Shown here: piece by piece, positions 1-12,437 of the stretch
Numbering within the stretch: the stretch's first letter is position 1
Layout: each line of letters starts with the position of its first letter
NCBI GenBank assembly: GCA_973895155.1
Contig: OZ316897.1
Span: 5,655,327 to 5,719,326, forward strand
DNA from: Marsupella aquatica
Lineage: Eukaryota; Plantae; Marchantiophyta
Reading direction: 5' to 3'
DNA length: 64,000 nt
The notes under the pieces: model-generated
Seen by the model: only the letters and a program-made list of their open reading frames with translations
Databases searched by the model: none
Told to the model about the DNA's origin: nothing
Made by a program: the position numbers and the translations under genes

Positions 1-901
1 TTATGAAGGAGGCCAAGAGAATTGGCCGAAATAAAGATTGAAGAAAGAAAAAACAAAAACAGAACAACAAAGAATTGTTTTGGACGATAAATCGGCTGAG
101 TGAATTAGCCAAAACAGAGATCAAAGGAAAATAGAGCCCAAGCATTTGGATTGGGCATACAATTGCTTTCAATAAGGAGAGATCAATTTGGCAAGGGCAC
201 AATCTGATTGGAAAATCCAATTTGAAGGAGAAGAGGACTCATTGTTTGAGGGAATCTGATCAATTCCCCTCGAGTAATTGACCTTGTGAGTATGGAGGAC
301 TCACCACAGTTTGGCTCACCCTTGACATTTACGGTTATTCATTTCTCAATCAATAATGCCCCCTCTGCCTTAGTCAGATCAATGAGAGAAAAGATGGAAA
401 GGGAGATGGAGAAGCAAGAAATTGAGAGGAAGACCAATGTACCAGTTGGTCCAGTCTGTTGGTCAAGTCAATTAAGAGTATTCGATGGCGGATGAACTGG
501 ACTATATTTTAATGTTAGAATAAGAATAGTTAGAAATTTTTGAATTTTTTTTTGAGTTCACCAATGTAGGCTCAGTAGGTCTAGAATATGAAAAGCTCAA
601 ATTATTTAAGAGGAAAGGAACTCTCTCAAAAAGAGGGAAAACGATTTAAGAGGCTTAAGGGCCAGAATTCAAACTGAGGACGGATTGCTGAGGTGGCAAA
701 TTGTTCACTCATTGAAGATCAACCTTCTGGTGATGAATCAATGGATATAGAGGATGAAGAACCAATTGAGATGATGAAGCTACGAATCGGGAGACTAACA
801 ACTCTGCTTGTTTTATGGAAAGAAAGTTGCATGGAGTGGTGGACAATTTTTGTAGAGCTAATGCTTTAAACACTAGCCTGATTGAGGAGCTCATGTAGAA
901 T

Positions 902-1321
902 TTGTATTGTTCAAAAGAAGACCTCCTCAATGAGATAGAATCAATGAAGACTAAACAAGTTGATGCAGAGCAAGTCAAGATGAACACGGAGACGGAAAAG
1001 AAAAAGCTTGAGAAAAAGCTCAGAGAAGCGATTCAGAGCTCGGTGCTGCCTACCATTCAACAATCGCTTGAGACTTTGACTCAAACAGTGGATCAAATTT
1101 CGCTTTCAGCAGAAGATCGTCTTCAACTAGCTGCCTTGACCTTTGAAGGATGGGCCAGTGAGGAGAAAAGTTTGAGTCGGATTGCTATTGCCATCACAAA
1201 TCAGAAAGCGCTCCCATCTAGACACCCTGAGCCAGCACCGGTTTCTCTCAAGAAGCTTAAACGCTCATTTCACTTGCTCCAATTCCGAAAGCTCAAGAAG
1301 GGATTCCCTCAGCCTTTGTAG
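902..1321 (+). other. Short coiled-coil-like ORF of unknown origin, probably a degenerate TE remnant
   Basis: 139-aa E/K-rich ORF (non-ATG start) with no recognisable domain; surrounding 1-2290 could not be assigned. Confidence 0.2.
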
Positions 1322-2327
1322 GAAGTCTATGCTCACACTTGACTTTCTTTTGCTCCTCTTTGTATTGTTTCTTCTATGAGTGGCACTACTCTATTTTGGG
1401 CTCCTACATACTCAAGAAACCTTTTGGGGGTTTGTTTTTAGTAAAATTTTCTTTCCGGATTCCCTTCAGCCTTACTTTATCAATTTCTATCTCACCTGAA
1501 TCTTTTAACCTTTTACCTTGTTAAAGTTTACTTTTGCAACAGATCAACTTTATTTTCTTCTTTGTTCCAAGTTCTTACTGAACATTTACCTTGCAAAGTT
1601 TTTATTTTCAGAAGAGACAAAGAATCAGTTCATTCAAAATTACCGAAAAGCGATTCTTTCATCCAAAATATCAAGTATTATATTAATCGTTTTTCCTGTC
1701 CCCCTACTTTTTGTTCAATGTGATCCAATTTGCTTTGAGATTATCCTTTGGAAGTAATCCCTTTTCTGTTCCCAACCACAAACATCAATTGCTTTACTGA
1801 CACCAGTTTAAAAGCAATTTATTTTCTTTTTGCAAGCTTCACTTCATCTTAACCATTTCTCCTTCCAGCCCATACCTCCAGTGAACTTCCATTTTTCCCT
1901 TCACATCTTTTCCAGTGGATCCCCAAACGTTCTTATACTTTGAAATGTTTTTCTTCCCTTCTGTCGGTTTCATTCGTACTTTTAAAAGCAAAAAGTTGAT
2001 ATCCAGCCTAACTTTATTTTGATTCCTTTCTTGGGTGAAGTCCTTTTACCTCCAAACCTTCCTTCTACTTGTCTCCATGTCTGGCCATAGAACTCCTGGT
2101 TCTATAAGGATTGCTGCTTTGAGAAGAGCTTTTCTTCAAGCTCAGACCTTGAGTTTGAGAGGAAGGAATGGCTTGCATTGGATTGCCATTACTTGGTGGG
2201 AAGATGTTACCCTGCATATTATCCATTTTTCTCTCAATAGGACCATCAATAACATTGAGCATTTGGTACTGGACATTTATGCTTTGGCCAATCCTCCAAC
2301 AAGAAGAAGACGCCACCCTAGAAGATC

Positions 2328-5021
2328 ATGATGCTGGAGGAGACCATGACCCGGTACATCCGAAGAAGAGAATTTTCCACGACTCAAGTGTTCGCGAGGT
2401 CAGTTTCAAAAACAACAAAAGCCGCAATTGATGAGATCAAAAGAGTAAATTGCTGCAAGCATAAATGTTGTCTCATTATGCCAAGGGAAGATATAGAAGA
2501 TGTTAGGATGGAATTTCACGGGATGTCTAGCGAGTCGAAAACATCACACATTTTCAACCTCTTCCACTACAGAGAGGATGATGTTCGTGATAAAGGACAC
2601 CATGTTCTCAAAGGTATGGTCATCTGTAAAGATGCATTTGCAACCATCCATGGTTTTAGTCACACCAAGTATTATGATTACAAGAGAAGATACATGGAGG
2701 GTTGCAAAATTGGGTTCCATGGGAACACAGGCTTGAAGAAAACAAGGTCAAATACCTTGCATGCGCAAGCTCTTCTAGAGGCATTTTTGACTCAAAATGC
2801 AGAGCCAATGCCTCATATGCCTTATGGAGGGGCTCATGGGACAGACAACATTGAGTATTGACTTCTAGCGTGTTACAAAAAGTTAGAGATTTTGGAAGAT
2901 GTGAGAACAAAGATGAAGGAAGAAGGGCTTCCTCCTGTTACAAATAACACTCTCTACAAGATATGGAGCACATCATTTGCAAACTTCAGTTTTCACAAGG
3001 ATGGCGCATTTGCCAAGTGTACGCTTTGTTATGAATACAAAGACAGTTTGATGCAAGAGAGAAGGAAAAAAGAATGTGCTGAAATTGAAGAAAAAAGAGC
3101 TCAACATCTTCTTGAGCAAATGTCACGTAGATATGTTTATTACACTCGTCAAGTGATGGCCAAGCAACATCCAGGAGAATATCTTTGCATTATTCACGAC
3201 AAGATGGATCAAGCAAAGACATGGATTCCAAAAATGGTTAGTACTCCTAAATCACTTTCGGGTCATGGAATGCCGCTACCTATTGCTCTCACGGGGATGT
3301 TGACCCACGGGAGAGATCCAGGAGTATATGCACACTTTAATGTCACTGGCCTTTGGCCAGGAGATGCAGATTTCACGGTGACATCCTTGGCTAAGTGTCT
3401 TCGAGATCTTGAAGAGTACAATGGAGACAAGACAGGTGACATGCTTGATGGCTTGCATTGGGAACCTCACAGACCTTTCTTTCAAGCCTTACTTGACTTT
3501 GATGCATTTTTGTTAGGATATTTGGAACCAAAGAATATTCAAGTAAATAGGTATATTGGTTCTGAAGATGGAGCTGCCGACAGTCAGACTGAGACCATCC
3601 CAACCCGACAGGATGAGGATGATGGAGGGGACGTGGGTGGCAAGAAGGGCAGTCCGTTGTTCATGCCCTTGCCAAGGCACCTAACATTGCAAATGGATAA
3701 TTCAGCAAAGGACAACAAAAACCAAACGGTCATGGCATTTTGCTCGGAGCTTGTGAGTAGAGGAGTATTTGAAACTGTTCAAATGTCCTTTCTAATGGTT
3801 GGTCATACGCACGAAGATGTTGATGCACTGTTTTCCAAGGTATCATATCAAGTTCAGCACAAGGAAGTTGCAACCCTTCTTGCACTAATGGCAGAGGTTT
3901 GGGAATGTGAGAGCATTCATCCAGTTCCAAGATTGATACAAGAAGTTGCATCTTACAAAGAATATCTTCAAAGTTTTAAGGTCAAAGATATTCAAGGTCA
4001 CTCAAAACCGATATCATTTCTTTTCTCTATGAGAGATAATGTACCAATATTTCAGTATAAGTCCCATGTTAAGCAAGCTTGGGCTCCCGTTGGCAGAAGG
4101 TGCATTTGGGCAACTGATCCAATAACAAATTCTCTTCTTTTACCCAGTGGACAACCCTTAGCTAAATCCATAGGAGAGATACACAAAAAATCAGAAGAAA
4201 TAATCCCATTTCTTAACAAGTACCTTGATTTTTTGAGAAGGAGTTGCATTCATGAGATGTCAATAGCATACAAGGAAAGATTTCCTCTTGTTAAATATTG
4301 GGAAAGAATTGTGGAGCTGTTGTCAAATGGGCTTGCAATGGAAGGGGAGGGAAATAATCAATTTCCATTGGAAAATGGATTTTGGCCTAAGACTAACCAC
4401 GGCACTGGTTACAAGGTCAACCAATCGGCATGCGAACAGAGTGGTCCTCTAAGTGAAGATGAGGAGAATGCAGAGATGACAGCTCTTCAAAATGAAGTCT
4501 TGGAAGAGATGGAAGATCAAGCGGCACCATTTGTTGGATCTCGAGCTAAGAGAGAACAAGGACAGTGGATTCCCCTCCAGGATATTTGTGAAGGAAACTT
4601 TGTGTTTCTTCGACCCGAGGATGATTGGGAGAAGAAAAATGGTGGAGGTCATTTCTGGTTGGTGAGAGCTTTGGGTCAGGTGGACCCTAAGCATGAAGTC
4701 CCAATTGCATCTTCAAGAGACCCTCCTTTGACTCAACAATATGCTCCAATGTTTCCCATGGAATGGTGGAGGCCTAAACACTCTAAACTTGATGTGAGTG
4801 AGAGTGCTAGGTATCTCAATTGTTTCATGTCCACCAAGACATGGGAACGAGATCCAGGATTTGGTGAGAACACTCAACATTGGCAATATGCAAATTCTGC
4901 AATGTATGGTTTTAAATCTGGAATGAAGGAAGAAAACATGGTTGGCAGAGGTTTGAAGATTCCTCGAAATGTTCTACAAACTGTCCAAAGTTATCTCCAA
5001 AGGATGGACAAGTACACTTAG
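2328..5021 (+). pseudogene. Sola1-like DDD transposase with one in-frame premature stop
   Basis: ORFs 2328-2861 and 2892-5021 share a frame, split by TGA at 2859-2861. Motifs CCKHKC, FAKCTLC, HDKMDQ, LQMDNSAKDNKN, FLMVGHTHEDVDALFS. Confidence 0.7.
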
Positions 5022-5244
5022 TTGTCACTAGCTAAGGTATATTAATTAGATAGTTACTAGTTTTTATGTAAGAGTTATATATATTGTGAGACCATGCCAT
5101 TGAGTGTTTAGTTACTTAGTAGACTATCTACTCATTTTCTAAACTTTTGATTATTATGAATATGAATGTTTATTTTTTCTGCATAATTAAAAATATTTTT
5201 TATTAATTTCTTTATTTTAAATGATTACAATAAAAGTTTTCAAG

Positions 5245-5570
5245 AAAATGTACACTTTTTAGGCCAAATATACTCTTTGTTGCACTCAAAGCTACACTTT
5301 CTAGACTAAATGCACTGAAATGTACACTTTTTAAGCCAAATGTATCCATTTTCACTCAAATGTACACTTTCTAGGCCAAATGTACTAAAATGTACACTTT
5401 TTAAGCTAAATGTACATATTTTGATGTTCAAATGTACACTTTTCATTGCCCAAATATACACTCTTTAGACCAATTGTACACTTTTTTATCCCCAAATGTA
5501 CACTTTTCCAAGCCCAAAAGTACACTTTTCATTGCCCAAATATACATAAATCAAATAATAATACACTTTT
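5245..5570 (+). repeat. Subterminal array of ~20-bp degenerate units with core AAATGTACACTTT
   Basis: About 15 copies, e.g. at 5247, 5318, 5358, 5388, 5430, 5494. Confidence 0.85.
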
Positions 5571-5579
5571 AATGAATAG

Positions 5580-5835
5580 GCTGATGGTTGAGGAAGGGAG
5601 AGGAACCCTCTTGGTTCTACTTTGCAACAGTGAAGGCAAAGCGTGAATGCGAGGCGATGAAGAGCTTGCTACTGGATGGGGGGAGGGATTGATAATGAAA
5701 GAGAATCGGGATTGATAATGAAAGAGGTCGAACAAACTTGCCTAGAACTGTACGCCCCGATAGCTCCCACAAATCAAGAGAGGAGGGACATTCTAAAGGA
5801 ACAAAGCAAACTGCTAGAGCATACTCGGGCTACCG
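5580..5835 (+). mobile_element. L1-clade LINE ORF2 fragment (EN-RT linker)
   Basis: Translates WLRKGEEPSWFYFATVKAKRECEAMKSLLLD, homologous to WLRQGDKPSKFYFAAIKAKRQRQTMSMPLLD of the L1 at ~59450-59550. Confidence 0.7.
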
Positions 5836-6251
5836 CATTGCATCCATGTCCTGGAAAATATCTTGCACCATTTGCTGAACATTGATCCCTTTGTTTGTAG
5901 TTTTTTGAAGGACTTCGGACCCACCCAGTTGAGTCAAAACATTTGCCAACCCATCAATGAAGAACTGGTCCCGCCTTGCACTATTTGCATTCTCAAAGTC
6001 AACCCTCCATTCCTCATCAGAAGAATCAGCCTCATTTGGATCGTTTGTAACACGCCAATGAGGGTGTCTTGTTGTCGGGGTGGAGCACAGGGAAGCAACA
6101 AACCCAAGTCAGGATTACGCATTCGGACCAGTCTTCTCCCTTGATGAGTGTTGTGTTTGGCTCAGGGTGAGCGAATAAACCTTTGTAACTACTTAACAAT
6201 CCTCTTACGAGGGAACCCTCCTATAGCCCTGGGTTACTAGGCTTCGCACCA
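5836..6251 (-). mobile_element. Putative PBS, leader and start of gag of LTR element E (truncated)
   Basis: After removing the LINE at 6256-6658 the minus strand reads ...GTTCAGTTCA-TAT-TGGTGCGAAGCC, i.e. LTR end + 3 nt + TGG-starting PBS, followed by a short open frame. Confidence 0.4.
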
Positions 6252-6255
6252 ATAT

Positions 6256-6658
6256 GGTAATGGTAATGTATTATAAGTTCCGGGACCATGAAAGTCAAAG
6301 GAGCTGCCACAAAAAGTAAAGTACAATGCAATCAAAGAAAAGAGCAACCAAAAGAGATTGCTCAGAAGAGGACAACTATGTCCTCAAAGAAACTATGGAC
6401 CTAGAGAGCCCTATGGACCTAGAGAGCCCTGAAAGATTTTCCAAACCTATTCTCCTTTCCCTATCCACCGCAAAGATATATCTTCCAAGTTGCTGAGGGG
6501 GCAGACCAAACAATGCATACAAATCTTTCACCAAGATTTGAGATGCCATCCTAACCCCCTCATAAAACTTGCAAGCAATGAATACATGATATTCATTCTC
6601 TATACTAGAGCTATCACATAGTTGACAAACCCTCTTTTTCCTGTCAATATCCTTCCAT
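6256..6658 (-). mobile_element. RTEX-like LINE copy 1 (3' ~400 bp) with (CATTAC)n tail
   Basis: Near-identical to the 3' end of the full-length copy; possible 5-bp TSD ATATG (6252-6256 / 6657-6661); private 18-bp in-frame tandem duplication at 6393-6428 (GLSRSI x2). Confidence 0.92.
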
Positions 6659-6659
6659 A

Positions 6660-8569
6660 TGAACTGAACACCACTATTATCTCTTACTACTCTTGTACTA
6701 CTACTACTAGACCCAGCGGCGAGTCCAACGCTGTCGTCGGAGCTCATTCCGCTGTCTCAAGCGTTGTTCCTCCCGTTCCCCCGACGTCTTACCCGCGACT
6801 ACCCACCAATTGTGGTATTCTTTGTAAGTGTTAGGACCCCATTTGTCCTCAAGCTTGATTTTGTCATCCACGGTGTCAGGATTGGGTTGGTATACCATGA
6901 GGTACGCCCGAGTTGGCGCTGGTGGTCCTCCGCATCTAATTATGGGGTCCTCCCCCTTCAAGAACTCGACGCTTATTAACAAATTGTACATCCGCATGGC
7001 TGCTGGCCCCGCCCGGCTAAACAACTTCCACATAATCATCCCTTTACACTTCATCTCGCCATTAAGATCCACGTTGACTTTGCCTGCTTGTCCGGATTGA
7101 TCCACTACCTCAATTAAAGAACGCGCAAAATAGTACCACCAGAAGTAGCGGGGGTCCGCAAGCAAACGCCCGAAAGGATATCGATTCGTAAGGGCATTTA
7201 TCCACCGCTGGAGTTGAGCCAAAAGACTTAATGGTGGGTTGGCCTCGTGCTGGGGCAGTAGCATCCTAACCCGGGGATCATGCTGCCATATTGAATGATA
7301 TACAGCTATAGGGTTGGTCTCGATGTGTAAACCAAACCCATCGTCGTCTACAAGCTCCCGGAAGAATTGGTGTTGTGTCCAGAAGATTGCAGGTCCGAAG
7401 TAATTTTCTAATCTATAATTAAGTATACTTGCTTCTAACCATCTAATTACATTCTCCGTAGGGGTCACCCTTTCCCAAAAGGATGTCTTCTCCCAAACAC
7501 CCAGACTCAAATCAACTGGATTGAAGGGAAGCTTGTCGGTTTGGATAGTGTCTCCCACACAAGCCACTGCAGCTGGATCTCTACCTAATGAATAAAAATG
7601 AGTCATGGCAATATGACTAAATTGGGGTAGGACAGGGAGGTCTACACAGCTCATCCACTCATTGGTTACTATAAGATGGGAGGTGTAGTAAGGATTGAAA
7701 ATCACACTCGTCCCATTTCTCTCTGCATTGTGCCATCCGGCTGTCTGGAGAAAGGTAACTAGGCGGGGCAGAGTATACTTCCCACAATTGGTGTGGATTT
7801 CTCTCGCCACCTAGGACTTCATCACTACTTCTACTAAATCAAAAACTTTCCTATGTACTGCTAAACTATAGAACCAATGGAGTTTCCATGCCAATCAGTT
7901 GGGATGCATAGTGTTTGCATCTGCCATGAGGGCCATATAATGAGGATGGTCAGCGTGCTCTTGCTCCAGTTCAAACAACAAGATTTGCGTGACTCTGCTA
8001 TTGGCCCTTGCTCCCAATCTAAAATATAAGTCTGTGGGTTGGGTGGACCCAATGGCTCCCAACCATTCAAAGAATGGAAGCATAAATCTGATCCGGACCG
8101 GGATGTTGTACCAAATCCGGTCGTAGTCGTCCGAACAAATGGCCCTCTTGTTAATCCCCGCCGCGGCCAAATACACAGAGAGTTTCCAACCCCATAGCTT
8201 CATCAACTTCAATAGCATTTTGAGATGCTATCTTCTGCCCCATGAATAGTTTCCACGAGTTTACACTCACCTTCTTGAGTTGTTCTAGCCTCCTCTTGTG
8301 CACCGAAATCTTTCAATAACTTAGCTGCCGTGGCAGCCTCATGCCGCAGGCTCTGCACTTCTAGGTCCTAGGCTTTGTAACTGTTTGTCAAAATCCAGAC
8401 CACCTTACTGCATTGTTGGACGAGCTCCTTACTTGCTACTTCCTGTAGCCATCTCTTCCTCTCCTTTTCTCTTCTTTCTCCTTCTTCTTTCAACGTAGCA
8501 AGGTATGCCTGCTTCTTCTCTAATTGTCCTTGTAGCTCATGATTGGCTCGCCTTACTTCTTGGAGCCGG
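6660..8569 (-). mobile_element. 3' part of giant gene-bearing LTR E (left of the inversion breakpoint)
   Basis: Continues the E coiled-coil frame from 25748 (EEKF|CRLQEVRRANHELQGQLEKK); ends in CA before a candidate PBS. Confidence 0.6.
6707..7810 (-). CDS. 367-aa uninterrupted ORF of unknown function within LTR E
   Basis: Long open frame with globular, W/F/Y-rich composition; no motif recognised; non-ATG start, probably the C-terminal part of a longer decayed gene. Confidence 0.5.
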   Translation of the reverse strand: MAREIHTNCGKYTLPRLVTFLQTAGWHNAERNGTSVIFNPYYTSHLIVTNEWMSCVDLPVLPQFSHIAMTHFYSLGRDPAAVACVGDTIQTDKLPFNPVDLSLGVWEKTSFWERVTPTENVIRWLEASILNYRLENYFGPAIFWTQHQFFRELVDDDGFGLHIETNPIAVYHSIWQHDPRVRMLLPQHEANPPLSLLAQLQRWINALTNRYPFGRLLADPRYFWWYYFARSLIEVVDQSGQAGKVNVDLNGEMKCKGMIMWKLFSRAGPAAMRMYNLLISVEFLKGEDPIIRCGGPPAPTRAYLMVYQPNPDTVDDKIKLEDKWGPNTYKEYHNWWVVAGKTSGEREEQRLRQRNELRRQRWTRRWV

Positions 8570-9618
8570 CAAGGGAACAGTTTGTTGAGAACCAGGGAGA
8601 AATTAAGTCAACCAACTCGGCTAGTACTGCCGAGATTCCAGTCTATGGAGGTATGAGACTGGAAAGGCTGGAAGCTGAGCTGGACCTGAATTTGAAGAAG
8701 CAGATTAATATGATCCAAGCATGGCAATACCGGAAGCTTGACTTAGGAGAAGGAAGGGAACTGAACTTAGGGAGAGACCTAACACCTGAGCTCGAGAAGG
8801 AGATCAGTGAATTACTAATTGAATTTTAGGATGTGTTCGCATGGAGTCACCAAGATCTGAAGGGAGTAGACCCAAAACTAGGAGAACACCAAATCGATCT
8901 CATGTTAGGGGCCAAATCATTTTGACAACCGATTTGACGGATGAACCCTAAGTATTCCCTGATGGTAAAAACTGAAATCGACAAGCTAGTAGAAGCCGGA
9001 TTTATCACTCCAGTCCTACACTCAGACTGGGTGTCTCCAATTGTGATAGTTCCCAAGAAAGCTGGACCCGATGGTAAACCAAAGATCCGGGTTTGTCAGG
9101 ATTACAAGAAGTTGAATGAGGCTACGTTAAAAGACCATTTTCCTTTACCCTTTACTGATATGGTACTTGACATGGTAGCCAGTCATGAACTATACTCATT
9201 CATGGATGGATACTCTGGTTATAGCCAAATCAGGATTAGGCAGGAGGACCAAATCAAGATGGCCTTCATCACGGAATTGGGGATCTATGTCTTCAATCGT
9301 ATGTTGTTTGGACTCTGTAACGCACCAGCAATGTTCCAAGGATTAATGGTGAACATTTTCCACAACTACTTGAGCAAATTCATGGAAATCTTCATTGATG
9401 ACTTTGCAGTGTTTGGGAAGGCATCAAAACATGCTAAATACCTCAGGAAAACCTTCATGAGATGCAGAGAGGTAGGTCTCAAGTTACACCCCGATAAATG
9501 TTTCTTTGGAGTAACTGAGGGTGTGCTACTAGGTCAACAAGGTATCAAAGAAGGGCATTGAGATTGATAAGGGTAAGCTAGTAGTATGGCTAGATATCAT
9601 GCAACCTAAGAACATAAA

Positions 9619-10503
9619 GGTAATGGTAATGGTAATGGTAATGTATTATAAGCTCTGGGACCATGAAAGTCAAAGGAGCTGCCACAAAAAGTAAAGTACA
9701 ATGCAATCAAAGAAAAGAGCAACCAAAAGAGATTGCTCAGAAGAGGACAACTATGTCCTGAAAGAAACTATGGACCTAGAGAGCCCTGAAAGATTTTCCA
9801 AACCTATTCTCCTTTCCCTATCCACCGCAAAGATATATCTTCCAAGTTGCTGAGGGGGCAGACCAAACAATGCATACAAATCTTTCACCAAGATTTGAGA
9901 TGCCATCCTAACCCCCTCATAAAACTTGCAAGCAATGAATACATGATATTCATTTTCTATACTAGAGCTATCACATAGTTGACAAACCCTCTTTTTCCTG
10001 TCAATATCCTTCCATCTCCCTTGTTCTACTTCAAGGTGGTGTGAGCTTAGTCTATACTGAGCAATAAGTTGTCTAAGTTGTACTGAGATAGTGCTAGATA
10101 AGTATTCTTGTTCTCGATATTTCTTCATGGGGTTCACATCTCTCATGTAGTATTGCTGCCGTGGGCTAGGTTCATGCCAAAGTTTGTGCAAAGCCTTTTG
10201 CTCAAGTTTTGCTCTTAGCTTGGTTGGGTGTGTTGGCCATTCATGTTCAGGAAAATCCCAAGCATGGGCCCACCTGCACACATCTGCATACCACCCTGTA
10301 GCTGAAGATGAGCGCAAGGCATGAAAAGGAAATCTGTTTTCCTCCAACTCTCTTACACGCATGATGTATTTGAGTGTGTGGAAGAGTGCCTCCACCTCCA
10401 AAGGAAACAAGCCTGCCTCTCTGCAAGTGTAAGTGCATATGGGGTTTGTGACTTGATCCCAAGCTCCATCTCAAGAAATAGCTTTTGCAGCCCCTCAATC
10501 TGT
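9619..10503 (-). mobile_element. RTEX-like LINE copy 2 (3' ~880 bp) inserted in Gypsy pol
   Basis: (GGTAAT)n tail at 9619; splits PKNIK|VRSFLG; microhomology at the junctions, no clear TSD. Confidence 0.95.
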
Positions 10504-12422
10504 GAGATCTTTCTTGGGTGAATTGGCTATTATCGCCGGTTCATCAAGGACTTTGTCAAACTAGCTTTACCATTAATCAACATGCTCAAAGCAGGTGTAG
10601 ACTTTGAACCCACACCAGAACGAGTAATAGCAGTAATAGAATTGAAGCAAATGTTAGTAGAGGCCCCAATCATGATAGCACCAGACTGGAACAAGGATTT
10701 TCATGTCTTTGTAGATGTCTCAGGCTTCTGTATCGGCTCAGTACTAAGTCAGTTGGATGAGAAAGGAAGGGACCATCCCATATACTTTGCAAGCCGCCAA
10801 CTTGCCGATGCCGAACGCAATTACTCCACCACCAAAAGAGAAGCATTAGGAGTCATTTATTCCTGTAAAAAGTTTAGGCATTATTTACTGGGGTACAAAG
10901 TAATCTTTCATACCGATCATGAAAGTTTGAAGTACCTAGTGAATAAGTCGGACCTTACAGGCAAGGTAGCAACATGGATTTTGCTATTACAGGAGTTTGA
11001 CTACGAGCTAAAAATCAAGCCAGGAAAGCTACACGCCAATGCCGACTTCTTTTCAAGGATCATAGGTGAACCTGCCACGGATTGCATCGATGATCGATTT
11101 CCCGACGAGGAGCTATTCGTTGTGGAAATAGCTGATACATGGTACCCTGAGATTTTACAATTTCTCAGCACATCCAGATTACAGCCAAGGCTAAACAGAG
11201 AGCAAGCCGCAGTCTTTCTGCGGAAGGTCAGACAGTATCAGTGCATTAAAGGCATCCTACACACGTATGGAATCAGCGGCACGATTCAAAGGTGTTTGGA
11301 AAAAGGAGAGGTAAAACGAGTCCTACGGGCTATGCATGGGGAGGAAGCCGGAGGACATTTTGCTCCAGCAACCACATCTAAAAAGATATTAAATGCAGGT
11401 TACTGGTGGCCCACCTTGCACAAGGATGTCTATCAGTTTATCAAACAATGCAACCCTTGTCAGCGAGCGGGAGGACCAAGGGCGTCCACAAGACATCCAC
11501 TACACCCTATTCTACCTCTGGCACCATTTGAGAAATGGGGTATTGACTACTTGGGACCTCTGAAACCATTGACCCATCCTTGAAAAAACAAGTACATAAT
11601 CCTGGCCACGGATTATGCAACTAAGTGGGTAGAGGCCAGGCCGACAACAAAGGATGATGCAATTACTACGGCTCGATTCATGTATGAGCAGATCTTCACT
11701 AGGTATGGCGCACCCCTAGAATTAGTTAGTGATAGAGGAACCCATTTTCTGAATGATATAATTAATCGTTTAAATGAGCAATATTTAGTTAGACATAGGC
11801 CTCCTACTCCCTACCACCCAAAGGCAAATGGGTTGACAGAACAAGCAAATGGAATTATAGGAAAGATATTGAACAAAACCGTAGCTCAGAACAAACTCGA
11901 TGGGATGATAAATTGTTTGCTGCTGTTTTTGCTTACAATTTAGCCTATAAATCCACTACCGGTCATACACCCTTTTTCTTAACCTTTGGACAGGAAGCCC
12001 TGGTACCCATGCAACTTGAGATTCCTACATTTCAAGTTACAATTGAGGAGAGAACCTCAGAGGAGGAAAGCCTAAAGGAGCGAGAATATAGGTTAGAAGC
12101 TTTAGAGGAGGCGAGAATGATTTCAGCCGAGAGAGTAGAATATAGACAGAATACCATGAAGCAGCAGTATGATAAAGGGTTTAAACTAGTTAGTATTCAC
12201 ACAGGAGATCTTGTATTACTTTATGACAGTAGGTATAGTAGGTTTCCGGGGAAACTTTACACTCGCTGGTTAGGACCTTTCAGGGTATCAATGAAGTTCT
12301 CTAATGGTTCTGTGCAATTGGCCAACATAACTGGAGAGGTGTACCCAGTTCGCATCCATTACGACCGCCTCAAGAAATACTATATGGACGAAGATGAAGT
12401 TGTTCGCGAGGACGCTTCACAA

Positions 12423-12437
12423 TTAAGTGGGGAGCTA
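12423..12437 (+). promoter_or_regulatory. Polypurine tract of element A/B
   Basis: TTAAGTGGGGAGCTA immediately before the LTR TG at 12438. Confidence 0.75.

Larger units (their letters stand above)
2296..5575 (+). mobile_element. 5'-truncated DNA transposon, Sola1-like (DUF7869-like) transposase plus subterminal repeats
   Basis: Transposase pseudogene followed by AT-rich 3' region and an AAATGTACACTTT repeat array; no matching left-end repeats seen. Confidence 0.6.

Noticed and set aside
1-2295. Host gene or endogenous pararetrovirus
   Set aside because: No recognisable motifs or consistent exon structure; left unassigned
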